Assembly (NCBI GenBank): GCA_002189035.1
Contig: NEEC01000012.1
Coordinates: forward strand, 2,108,001-2,172,000
Direction: 5' to 3'
Source of the DNA: Utricularia gibba
Lineage: Eukaryota > Plantae > Magnoliophyta
Length of the DNA: 64,000 nt
The notes under the pieces: model-generated
Seen by the model: the letters and a program-made list of their open reading frames with translations, nothing else
What the model was told of the DNA's origin: nothing
Database searches by the model: none
Shown: piece after piece, positions 9,691 through 22,025 of the stretch
Layout: each line of letters starts with the position of its first letter
Numbering within the stretch: the first letter of the stretch is position 1
Program-made: the position numbers and the translations under genes

Positions 9691-12600
9691 AAACCCTAAT
9701 AACCGAAAATCAGGGAATCAAGTTTCTCCTTCACTCGCTCTCACTTTTCGCAATCGAACATGGCGATCAAGCGAGGTTTACGTTTTGAAATTCTTCTGCA
9801 TCTGATATTGAGGTTTTTTGTTTGAATTGTTTTTCTATGATCTTGCAGCATTGATAATCTTGTTTTCCATTTTGTTAATTGTGATTGCTAATTTTTTATC
9901 GTCGTGTGAGGTCCTGTCGCATGCCAAGAAGAAATGGAACATTTCTTGTTGTTATGATATCCAGTGTTATAATTTTGTTGATGACATGTTTATCTGAGGA
10001 AGTGGGTCAGGCGAATTGCGACCCATGTCGCACACCAAGAGTATCTCCAAGGGCTGTATCTGTTGGGTGCTGATTTGTTTCCAGCAAGTTGGAAGTATAA
10101 TTGTGTCGGGCCTGTGTTGCTGCTTGGTGAACCTAATGGCCATGCAATCTAGACAGGAGACAGTTGTGGTATTGATATAGAAACGCCTGTGAGATCAGAA
10201 AAGGTGGGTATGGGAATTATGTCTGAGGATAACCTCTGGTATTTTTCTGTGCAAGTTTTGCTTGTGAATGTGCAGTGTCGCATACAAGAGTTTTGTATCT
10301 GATTGGTTTTGAGGGAGAGTATTGTGCCTGGTTGCATACTCACAGTGAATTTCTTGAGAAATCTCAAGCTCATGAAGTTTCCAATTTTCTATACACACAT
10401 GACACACCAGAAGGGTTCACAGGCGCCCCTAGCCACCCGGGTTCAGTCTGGCCTGGTCTCCAAGCACTTCAGCCATCGGGAATGCTCCCCTTTCCTCCTG
10501 AGCTCGCATGCAACTCTCCCTAAGAAAGAAAGGTAAATCACACATCAAGATTGCAAATTTTACAGTTATGAATCTCTTATATTTCAACATGGTATCTAAA
10601 ATGTTACCCGAAATTCCATACCACTGATTTATCAATCAACTCCACCCTCACCCCTGACCCTACTTGTAAAGAGCATGTTGGCAAATGAAAACGATATGTG
10701 AAAAATAGTGTGTTTTACAGCTATTTTAAGAAATTATACCAAAAATATGCTGCAGCGAGGTTATTTGATTTGCGCTGAAAAAATTTACATGGTTTGAATC
10801 CCAATTGCCAAGTATTGTTTAGGATTGATTATAATGTTTTGTTTTGTACTTTGAATATAAAATAATTTACATTATGTAGAATAATAGAATGTGAGATTAT
10901 GCTAATAATATAAATAAAATAAATAAATAAATATATCAAATACATCATTAAGTAAATTAATATATATTCAACATGCATATAATTACTAGAATGGATAACA
11001 TTTGGGTGTATAAGTGAAAGTGGTTGGATGGATGTTTTATCAAACGGCCGGACAAGGCCTCCGGTGGGCGGCCACCCCCATCGACCCTCATAAAAATCTT
11101 ACCACTTGTGAATTCGGACACGTGCAGCTCATTACCAATTAAATAAAGCACAACGCCTTGTCAATGATTCATACCTGCCTTGTCCACATGCGACTTGTCC
11201 ATTATTGCAATTATTTCAAATAAAATTTGTTTTTAATTGTCACACACACAACAAATAAAAAATAAAAAAAAACAGGGCGTACGCCACAGCCACTGGTTAC
11301 AACTCATTTTGTTGCACTAATATTTAATTACCGTTTTTAATTACGTGTTTTATCCCAACTGATAAAATAGATCTTCGAAATATTTTGTATCGGTTATAAT
11401 TAATTTATAAATTTTTTGTCTTTATTCATCACTGTTGTTACCGAACATAATTAACCACAATTATTCAATAAATTGAATTAAAATTAGTTGAGAACCAATT
11501 TTATCAAAATTTTAAAATAATTTAGGACTATTTATGTCGACTATTTCAAATATTGAAGACTAATTATATTAAAATAATAGATATTAAATTATTTGAGACC
11601 AAATTTCTAAATCAAGAAGATCAATTTTATTATTATTTTGAAATATTAAGGATTAATTACGGATATAATAGTAAAGATAATTTTGTAAATTTTACAAATA
11701 TTGAATATCAAAGGATAACCCAAGTTATTACACATGAAAAGATGATCAATTTTCTAAATTTCTGTCATTATCATGAATAAACTAACCAATATTAAGTGGA
11801 GTGCTAATTTGATATAAATCTACCACCATAGTCATTAATTAGACTTGTGTCATTATCATGATTACACTAATCAATGTTAGTTGGGTGTTAAAACATTAAT
11901 CGTTCATTCTTAATTTCAGACTGAATTGATACTCCATCATTTTATTAATAGGATCCATTAATAATGTGGGTTATGTTACAACCCCAATCTCTATTTGCTC
12001 CTTTCAATTAATTTTTTTTTTTACAAATTAGATAGAAAATATTAGTTGATATATTAAAATTTCACGTTTACTAAATGAGAAGAGATTTATTAAGGATTCG
12101 GATTAAGACTTGATATGCTTCAATTTTGAAACATCTACACCTAGGGTTTATATATCCTAATTCTTCTTTAATATTTTTATGTTTCACTACTTCACTTTTT
12201 ATTTATAATATATAATACAATTCTTCAAATAAAAAAGTGCTTGATCAATCAAATCTTGAGTTTCAAATGAAGAAATCTTTTAAAGAAATAGAATTAGTTC
12301 TCAATAATCAACATATTTGCAATCTGATCTATGGAAATGATGTCATATTTGATAAGTCACATTAAATGCCACAATCAAATCTTGATAAGTCTAAAGTTTT
12401 TCTAAAACTCAAAATAATAGTATTGTTTTGAAAATACATTACAGCTATAATATTTATTAACTAGAATAAGATTCTTCTTATGTATGTAGTGAGATAAATC
12501 TATTTAAAAAAAATTATAATAAAAAATAGAAATTAAAAAAAATTTACTTTTTTTGATTCATTATAAATAAATTGAACTTAATCTCATATGTTTTATATTT

Positions 12601-12862
12601 TTTGATTGATGTATAATTCCTTAAGAATTTTCTGATTCGTTAATATTATTCATCTAGTGATGAGATCAAGTGAAATTAAAAAGTATTACTAGTTTTGTTT
12701 GTCCCATCTTCATTCTCCTTATCTTTCCTATCCATACTCTCGTTATCTCTATTACAATATTAATAACATATCCAAATTGGACAACCAAACACACACTCAA
12801 AGTATTTCACTAAGTGCCACCAAATTTGTTGGGATTTCTGGCATATCCAAATTTGTATGTAG
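9691..12862. repeat. Block X, copy B (between KCS-1 3' end and ALP1-like copy 2)
   Basis: Begins AAACCCTAAT-AACCGAAAATCAGGG (telo-box-like) and follows copies A and C to ...CCAAATTTGTTGG. It retains segments deleted in A. Confidence 0.9.
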
Positions 12863-13002
12863 TGAAACAATGGTCCATTTTGGCAGCTGACAGGGTTTTG
12901 AACTCATGGGTCCTATCTCTCCTAGTTGCACTTTCTGTGTTGCTCTTTTTGCATTCTTCTGAAACAATGGTTCATTTTGGCAGCTGACAGGGTTTTGAAC
13001 TC

Positions 13003-15689
13003 ATGGGGCCTGTCAGGGATAACAAGAAAAGGAAAATGGAGAAGAAAGTGGATGATAATTCTCTAGTTTCCGGGTCCTCGGAGGAGGATTTTACACAGTG
13101 GTGGGAAACTCTTTCAAAAACAGTTGCAGGTAATACATAAAATGTCTGTTTGCATGACAGCTCTGTACATGGCAATCATCTATATCCATGTTCTTACTTA
13201 TACTGTTATGCCTCTGTTCTGTGATGGCTGCATTCCTGATCTGGAAAAATGAACAGGTTAGAATAGTATGGTTGCTTCTGTCTCGTTTTCCACATCAGTT
13301 GCATTTTCTCCTTGCTCTAGCGGGTGCATGAAAAATGGATACCAGTTGCATTCTGTCTTCCCCATTTACCTGAACTTTACTTTCTCTGAAGTTCATTTCT
13401 TGCATTCCTGCAGGCGATCCATCGTGTTCACGGCCATTGGATCTGTAATACCCCAGCTCTGGCCTCACGGTAGTATGGCAAGGGAGAAGGTGCTAGTTGG
13501 CGTGTGACATGACTAAACAGGTAATTGAGACCAGCAGGACCGAATTAGGGGCTATGGGGTATTCGGGCTAGGCCCGTCGGGCTTAAGTAGAGCACGCTAG
13601 GTCTAAGTAGGGTTTAACTAGTGCAAGGAAACCCTTGGGGGCGAGAGATCAGTGTCTTGGAAGGAAGGAGACGCACGCCCAAGGGAGGAAGGAGAGATCT
13701 TGCGCCAAGGAAGAGGAAAATCGTGCAAAGGTAAGGGCTTTATGGTAGAACTGTGTGGCGGGACAGATTTGGTGGAAGCTAACTTCGTGTGCGTAGATAC
13801 GGTCTTGATCTAGAAGTCCTCGTTGTGTGATCGAGGCACCTCGCTGTGTGATCGAGGGATAGTGAGCTACGGCGGGATTGGGGAGTGCACTCCCAATGGC
13901 AACGCGGCGAGGCCGCGGATGGTGATGCCATGTGAGCAATAAGCGGGGCCATCGAACTACGGTCATGACAGCAACACTGAGCACTTGTGCTCTGTGGGAA
14001 AGATGCCAAACCTGTGGGATTCTGTGTGGATAGATGCTTGGACTGATTACGAGAACAACGGAGATGCCTTGGATGGGCAGCACGTCGATACGAGAAGTTA
14101 CGGAGATGCCTCGCGGGGCAGCGTGTGGATAGTGTAGCGATACTTCGTGTGGATGGGAAACTTTGTGAATATGTGTAGTCTAGACTTAGGGAGGGAGCCG
14201 CGTGACATATGATTGACTCCCCTTACTCTTTCCTGTGTAGTCGAGGCGGGTGCAGCAGAGGCGGATGAGGAGTGAGGCGAGATCGATAGGAAGTGGGCTG
14301 ATAGCTGTGTGGCGAGGCTTGCTGCCTTATTTTCCCTTTTCGTGACTTAGTATTAGTTCCTTGCTGGTTGTGCTCGTTTTTCCCTTATGTTGTGACGCCG
14401 TGCGCCTAGGCTTGCTGCCTGATGTGGAACCTTGTTTTTGTGGCTTAATAAAATCTCTATTTCACTACTTGTGCTGTGTGATGAGTCTTGGCGAGGGGAC
14501 CTGGCGAGGGATGCCGCCAGGGATCGTCAGGTGCCAGGAGTGGCGGTGAGGTGAAGGAGCAATGCATCCTTAAACACGTTCCTAACCCACCCCATGATGA
14601 TCGGGACACCAAGGTTGAGTTGTTAGGTGTCGGTAATGACCTTAGCGTTTAGGGTGCAGGTCGCGGATCGTTACATTGGACCAGTTCAAAAACACCTTCC
14701 GGATGTCGAAAAAATGCTTCGATTACATCTGCTCACTGGTGAGGGATCACATGATGGTTAAGACACACTTTGCCTTCTCAAACGGGAAGCTCATGTCACT
14801 GTATGATCAAGTGGCTTTAGCTCTCACACGCCTTGCTTCTGGTAACTCATTGATCTCGATCGGCGACTCGTTCAGCGCGCACCATTCGACGGTGTCGCAG
14901 ATCACTTGGCGCTTCGTTGAAGGCATAGAAGAGAACGGCCTCCGCCACCTCCAGTGGCCGTCATCGGAGCATGAAATGAGCAGAATAAAGCAGAAGTTTG
15001 AGAAAATCAGGGGGCTTCCCAACTGCTGTGGCGCAATAGACACTACTCATGTAACGATGCAGCTGACCTCTTCAGACCAAGAATCTGAAACCTGGCTGGA
15101 TGAGATGCAGAACCACAGCATGATACTGCAGGCCATCGTTGGCCCTGATATGAGATTCCTGAGTGTTGTCACTGGCTGGCCGGGAAAACTGAACGACTCC
15201 TCCGTCCTGCAGAACTCCAACTTCTTCAAACTCTGCGAAAACAGGCGGAAGCTCGACGGCCGGAAGATGCATCTGTCCCAGGAAACAGAGCTGGGAGAGT
15301 ACATAATCGGGGACTCAGGGTTCCCACTCCTGCCATGGCTCCTCACCCCATACCAAGGCAAGGATCTCTCCGAAAACGAAGCAGAATTCAACAAGAGGCT
15401 CCTCGCAACTCATGCCGTCTCCCAGAAAGCTCTAGTGAGGCTCAAGGACGTGTGGAGGATGATCCATGGCGAAATGTGGCGACCAGACAAGCATAAGCTT
15501 CCCAGATTCATCCTCGTCTGCTGCATTCTTCACAACATCGTCATCGAAATGGATGGCGGAGATGACTTTCTCCCAGCACAGCAGCAGCAGCCGCAGCATG
15601 ATCCTGGATACAGACAACAAGTGTGTGAAACCGTTGATAAAGCTGCGTTGCTTGTGAGGGACAAGCTGTGTATGTATTTTTCAGGATAA
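13003..15689 (+). pseudogene. ALP1-like copy 2, exon 2 interrupted by a solo LTR (exon 1 13003-13129; exon 2 starts 13414 and resumes 14676)
   Basis: About 5 substitutions versus copy 1 across the CDS. Frame from 14676 to the stop at 15689 is intact (337 codons). Native upstream region is replaced by block X. May be rescued by splicing (see findings). Confidence 0.75.
13444..14675 (+). mobile_element. Solo LTR (1232 bp), TGTAA...TTACA termini, probably Ty3/gypsy (Tekay/Del-like)
   Basis: TGTAATACCCC...GGATCGTTACA. Flanking duplication TTGGA; empty site CCATTGGACCAG in copy 1. GC-rich relative to flanks, AATAAA near 14445, no internal PBS or pol. Lineage and orientation are inferred from terminal style. 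Confidence 0.88.
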
Positions 15690-15971
15690 TGCAGCTCCCC
15701 ACATCACAGTTCGAACATAGTTTTCAAAATTTTTACCAACAAATATTCGTTTTTTTTCAAAACGGTCGGGTCACCAGATGGTATGAACAAGAAAAATAGG
15801 AATTTTTAAATTTCAGATTATATTTAAAAGCCGAAATTACAAAAACATAAGAAAATAATCTATAGTTTTTTTATTTTTAAATATAGAATATATTTATCCA
15901 TAATTAAAAATTTAAATGTTGTTTATTCTACATAATTTTTTCAAATATTTAATGAATTGATTATTCATACA

Positions 15972-16361
15972 TAGAGATGAGTAGAATACATATCAACTCA
16001 AATATCTGTCAAGGTGATCTATCACAAATCGGATCCGTTATTCGTAATTATGAAAAACGGGTATGGGATGTGTCCATATTACATGATTACGGGTGAACTC
16101 GATGGGTTAAATGGATTGGGCCTGAAATATAATCTAATAATAGAAAAATGTATTTTTTATTAAATTAGTTAGACATTTAATTTGATTCAAAAATTATAAA
16201 TTAAATCCAATTTATGTTAATATATATCAATTATGTAATAATTCGGGTCAACTCGTAGTCTTGGATGGGTCTAATATATCGATACATCGAATCATAATTT
16301 TTTTTGTTGACTCGCTGTGTTCGATCCGTAACTCGTTGAATTAGACTTGTATCCATTTCTA
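15972..16361. mobile_element. MITE, paralogous copy of 2315-2654
   Basis: Ends TAGAGATG / CATTTCTA. Flanks ATTCATACA (15963-15971) and ATTCATTCA (16362-16370). Confidence 0.6.
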
Positions 16362-16375
16362 ATTCATTCAAATTA

Positions 16376-19300
16376 ATTTTGGGCCTGAGGCCCAATATCA
16401 CTTAATTGTCGTTGCATCAAGTCCTAATGACTGGAAATTAGGGAATCAAGTTTCCCCTTAACTCGCTCTCAGAAATCGCAATCGAACTTGGCGATCAAGC
16501 GAGGTTTACGTTTCTAAATTCTTCTGCATCTGATATTGAGGTTTTTTGTTTGGATTGTTTTTCTGTGATCTTCAGGCATTGATGATTTTGTCAATTGTGA
16601 TTGCTATATTTTTTTTTTTTTATCGTCGTGTGATGTCGATTCGCACGCCAAGACGGCACCTGGGTCCCGACGAAAAGGAAATGAAACATTTCCTGTTATG
16701 ATATCCAGTGTTATAATTTTGTTTGCGACATGTTTATCGTAGGAAGTGGGTCAGGCGAATTGCGACCCATGCCGTGCACCAAGAGTATCTCCAAAGGCTC
16801 TCCTGCTGGTTGCTGATGTGTTTCTATCAAGTTGGAAGTTCGGGGCTGGTGCTTGGTGAACCGAATTGGTCATGCAGTTTAGACAGGAGGCAGTTGCACA
16901 GAATCAGTTGTGGTATTGATATAGCAACGATCAACAGAAAGGCTAGGCTAGGTGGATATGTAAATTATAAGTGTGTTTGATATCGTTTCAAAAAATAACT
17001 TCAAAAAAAATGATTTTAGAAATGTTTAATTCTTTTTGAAGCAATAGTACCTTAATTTCTAAACAAATCGAAGCATTTCATTATTTTAATTCTATTTAAA
17101 ATAGAAGCATCATGTATTTTGTTTAATAATAGCTTCTAAAAATACTTTTACTGAAACAGTTATACGAAACAGATTCTATGTCTGAGGATAACCTCTGGTA
17201 TTTTTCTGTGCGAGTTTTGCATGTGTATGTGCAGTGTCACATACCAGAGGTTTGTATCTGTTTGGTGTTGAGGGAGAGTATTGTGCCTGGTTGCATACTC
17301 ACAGTGAATTTCTTGAGAAATCTCAAGCTCATGAAGTTTCAATTTTTCTAGATTTTGCCAAGGAAATCTTTGCAGATGTTTGGTAGATACTATACACACA
17401 TAACACTTGTCCAAACACCAACATTTTGACACAGCAACTCCACCCTCACCCGCTGACCCGACCCGTAAAGAACACACAGGCCAAGAAAAAACAATACCCG
17501 AAGAAAACTGTGTTTTGACAACTATTTTTAGAAATTATACCAAAAAGATGCTACAGGGAGGTGATTTGATTTGTACCGTTGGGGACAGACAAAATTTATG
17601 CATGCAAATATGAATTTTTTTTTTAAAAAAGTTTCACATGGTTTGCATCCCAACTGCGCATCTTGGGATTGTTCAGGATTGATTATAATGTTCTATTTTG
17701 TATTTTGAATGTCATACGGGTTATATAAAATATAATCAGCTTTGAAATTATGTGATAAAATCAGTTTAAAATTATAAAATTACTTTGTATTATAATATAA
17801 AGTTATATTATAAAATTTAATAAAAAATTATATATTATATAATTTAATATTATGATATAAATATATTTTTAAAGTAAATGAAAATTGAATAATACAATTT
17901 TCTAATTATTTTTTATTTATACACTAAAACATAAATTTAAAAAATTTAATAATTTTTGAAATTAATTACGTAATTTAAATTTCTGATTTTATTATAAAAC
18001 TTTTTAAAATTAAATATAATCAATTTTAAAAAATTATATTTACAGAACACATCCTAAAAATTACGTTTATTTTATATTACGTATTATTAAATACGCATGT
18101 GATTTGTCAAAAAATTGCATAATCTTTTCAACCACGGAAAAATTCTTTTTCTCACCAGAGTTTTTTTCTATTTATTTTAACCACATGTCATTTTAAACAT
18201 ATAATATAAAATCAATATATCAAAACTATTTTTAATTCGAACCATAATAATACATGTTTATCCAAATACATAATTAATTAAATCAATACGTAACTTATGG
18301 CGCATAAATGAAAGTGGTTGGATGTGGCGTTTTATCGAGGGGCCGGACGAGTCCTCCCGGTGGGCGCCCACCCCATCGACACCCATAAAAAACTTGTCAC
18401 TTGTGAATTCGGACACGTACATCTCATTACCAATTAAATAAAGCAAAACTCCTTGTCAATGGGTCATTACAGCCTTGTCCACATGCGAGTGGTCCATTAT
18501 TGCAATTATTTCAAATAAAATTTGTTTTTAATTGTCAAACATATAAAAAAATAAAATAAAAGAAGGCGTACGCCAACCAATTTTTTTAATACTCATTTCG
18601 TTGCACTAAAATCCATCTTGCTTTTTCTACAATAAAAATTTATCATTAGGGTGATTAAAATTATTACGATGAAATTGCGTGAAAAATCCTAATATTTAAT
18701 ATTTTTTTATCGTTTTTAATATGAATCGCGTATTTCATCCCAACTGATAAAATAGATCATTGAAATATTTTGTATCGGATATTATTAATTTCTATATTTT
18801 TTGTTTTTATTCATCACTATTTGAATACCGAACATAATTAACGCCAATTATTCAATAAATTAAATTAAAATTGGTTGAGAACCAATTTGATCAAAATTTT
18901 TGAATAATATAGGACTATTTATGTCAATTATTTCAAATATTGAAGATTAATTATATTAAAATAATAGATATTGAATTATTTGAGACCAAATTTCTAAATC
19001 AAGAAGATCAATTTTATTATTATTTTGAAATATTAAGAATTATACTAAATTTTTAAATAATGGAAATAATAGTAAAGATAATTTTGTAAATTTTACAATT
19101 ATTGGAGATCAAAGGATAAAGATGATCAAATTTCTAAATTTCCGTCATTTTCAAGAATACACTAATCAATACTAAGTTGAGTGCTAATTTGATATAAATC
19201 TCCCACCATAGTCACTAATTAGAGTTGTGTCGTTATCATGATTACACTAATCACTTTTAGTTAGGTTTTAAAACATTAATCATTCATTCTTAATTTCAAA

Positions 19301-20160
19301 CTGAATTGATACTCCATCATTTTATTAATAGGATCCATTAATAATGTGGGTTATGTTACAACCCCCATATTGCTCCTTTCAATTAAAATTTATTTTTATG
19401 AAAATTTTGTTTAGTAGATGAATTAGATAGAAAATGTTTACCAAATGAGAAAAGATTTATTAAGGATTCGGATTAAGACTTGATATACTTCAATTTTGAA
19501 CCATCTATACCTAGAGTTCACATATCCTAATTGTCATTTAATATTTTTATGTTTCACTACTTCACTTTTTATTTATAATATATAATGTAATTCTTCAAAT
19601 AAAAAAGTGCTTGATCAATCAGATCTTAAGTTTCAAATGAAACAATGTTTTAAAGAAATATAATTAATCCTCAATGAATCAATATCTTTGCAATCCAATC
19701 TATAAAAATAATATCAAACTTACAACACAAAAAAATAAAGGTGATAAATCACATTAAATACTACGATCAAATTTTTATAAGTCTAAAGTTTTTCTAAAAC
19801 TCAAATTAATAGTATTTTTCTTAAAATACATTACAATTATAATATTTATTAATTAGAATAAGATTCTTCTTATATAGGTAATGAGATAAATTTATTTTAA
19901 AAAATAATTATAATAAAAAATAGAAATTATGTTTCAATTTTACTTTTTTTGATCCATTATAAATAGATTGAACTCAATGTCATATATTTTATACTTTTTT
20001 TGATTGATCTATAATCCTCTAAGAATCTTCTAATTCTTTAATATTTTTCATCTAGTGATAATTAAAAAGTATTACGAGAGTAACATATCCAAATTGGACA
20101 ACCAAACACACTCAAAGTATTTCATTAAATGCCACCAAATTTGTTGGTATTTCCTCACAT
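16376..20160. repeat. Block X, copy C
   Basis: Site-II pair at 16380-16394, then the same exon-like sequence as A and B. It has lost the ATG (TTG) and gained a stop in the sORF. Confidence 0.9.
16969..17176. mobile_element. Tourist-like MITE (208 bp), 3-bp TSD TAT, specific to copy C
   Basis: Copies A and B show the empty site AATTATGTCTGAG. Copy C reads AATTAT[AAGTGTGTTTG...GAAACAGATTC]TATGTCTGAG. Confidence 0.6.
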
Positions 20161-22025
20161 TTTCTTATGTACACTATTCTATATTAAATCATATATATAA
20201 CTTACCCTATGTAAAAGCTAAATTCAATAAAAAAATATTTCGTACTTACTCGAAAAAATTAATTTTGTATTAATATAAAAATATGAAAGGTACGTTTCCT
20301 TAGTTTTCCACCACATTTTATATTCCAATATCATATACAATTATTTCATGTGGTACCATTTGAAAACAAGTTTTTATTTTTGCTTTAAATATAGAATAAA
20401 ATATTATTTTTTAATAATATCTTCCTCTACTTAGGACTTGGAATGCATGTTTTCATGATGCAAATTATTTCTAAGTCAAATACGAGCATGGTGTTATGAG
20501 TTTCATGAGTAAAATAAGATTTAGGATGAGAAAAAATTAAATCCATTGAATTAATAAAATTCGATATAAAAAATGAATCATTTATAAAATTATCATCTAT
20601 TGTTCTTATCTCAAACACTCAATCAAATGCTTTTTTTAATGGCAAGATTATCATTAGTCTTTAAATAATATGTACAAATGAAAATGATATGTTTAAAAAA
20701 AGAAAAAAAGACAAAATGAAAGATTGTGAATGTGGATAATAATAGGAATTTTGTGGAATGGTCAAAAATGGTTCAAATGGTCATTTACAAAAATTACCAC
20801 TTGTACATTTTCTTTCACACATTAAGTTAAAAAATTTATACTATAAATAACCAATTTTTTCACACAATATTTGAGATGAAATTTTTAATTCATTCTCAAA
20901 TAATCACCTGTAGATGCACGTGTATTCCCCTTCATTAATTTTTGCATTCAATGAAACAATTATAATTGAACTCGTTTTATAAGAATATTCATCGCCAAAC
21001 ACTAATCAGATGCTAGCATAATGTTATATGATTTCGTATTTATTATTAAAATATGATTTAGTTGGTAACATTAACGCATTAAAACCATGGGCTTGAGACA
21101 GGTGGACAACATAGGGGCAGATGGGAGTTAAGAGGCTCTCCGAATGGCATTTAAAGTCAAATCGTGATGCATGAGGGCCAACACCGAACTACCTCCGTGT
21201 GTTGACTTTTTCTTTTTCTTTTTTTTTCTTTTTTTATAAAAAAAAATCAGTGAAAATTAATACTCATATTTTAATTTAAGCCTTTAATTTATTTCACTAT
21301 TTTCAACAAATACTAACGAGATAGTCTCTTTTCCTGATTATTTCGGTGATAATTTCGATTTTTTGTTTTTATATTCTATTTTTTGGAAAAATATTGAGTC
21401 ATTTTCATTTGAATTTTTCAAATGAGGTTGATTGATGGGGGGATAAAGAAGTGGTCAACAATGTCGACAATAATTACATAAATATTGAAAATTACATAAA
21501 TACCTTCTACTATTTTCTTAAATGACATAGTATTTTTAATGTGTGAAAAAATAATCATCTTATATTTAAAAAATTAATATTAGTACGTGAGACCGAAATC
21601 GGTTACTTTTCTGAATAATCTTATAATTTATAATCAATAAATTATTATTTATTTCTATTGAAATTAATAGTGGGGACCAAAAATGCTGAAAAATAATTTT
21701 AAATTTTTTAAAAAATTAAATATATTTATTTTATTAAATAGTGAAATTATATGAGCGAATAATAAAGTAGTAAGAATGTTTGGCGCATTATTTTTGTAAT
21801 AATGTAAAAATATAAATTATTGGGTGCGATTATTCGGTTTTATGGCGCATCCCTAGCCCCATCTATTTAGCCCTCGCCAACGGTCGGACTCGTGGACACC
21901 GCGTCGCTGCTTACAAATAAGCGCTCTTGAAACTTGCCTTTGCGTACCCCACGGCCGGTGTCGGTCGTCTTCTACTTCTACCGCCGTCTCTTTCTTCTTT
22001 TCCTGGGGAAAAGAAGAACGTGAAT

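Noticed and set aside
11553-11780. 75-aa ORF in the AT-rich part of block X
   Set aside because: Low-complexity N/I/K/Y composition; the frame is broken in copies A and C.
13649-14549. ORFs of 62-144 aa inside the insertion
   Set aside because: No gag or pol motifs; expected by chance in GC-rich LTR sequence.
594-15689. ALP1-like copies as active Harbinger transposons that mobilised the segment
   Set aside because: No TIRs or TWA TSD around the units, no Myb/SANT partner ORF, and the third catalytic residue is Q.
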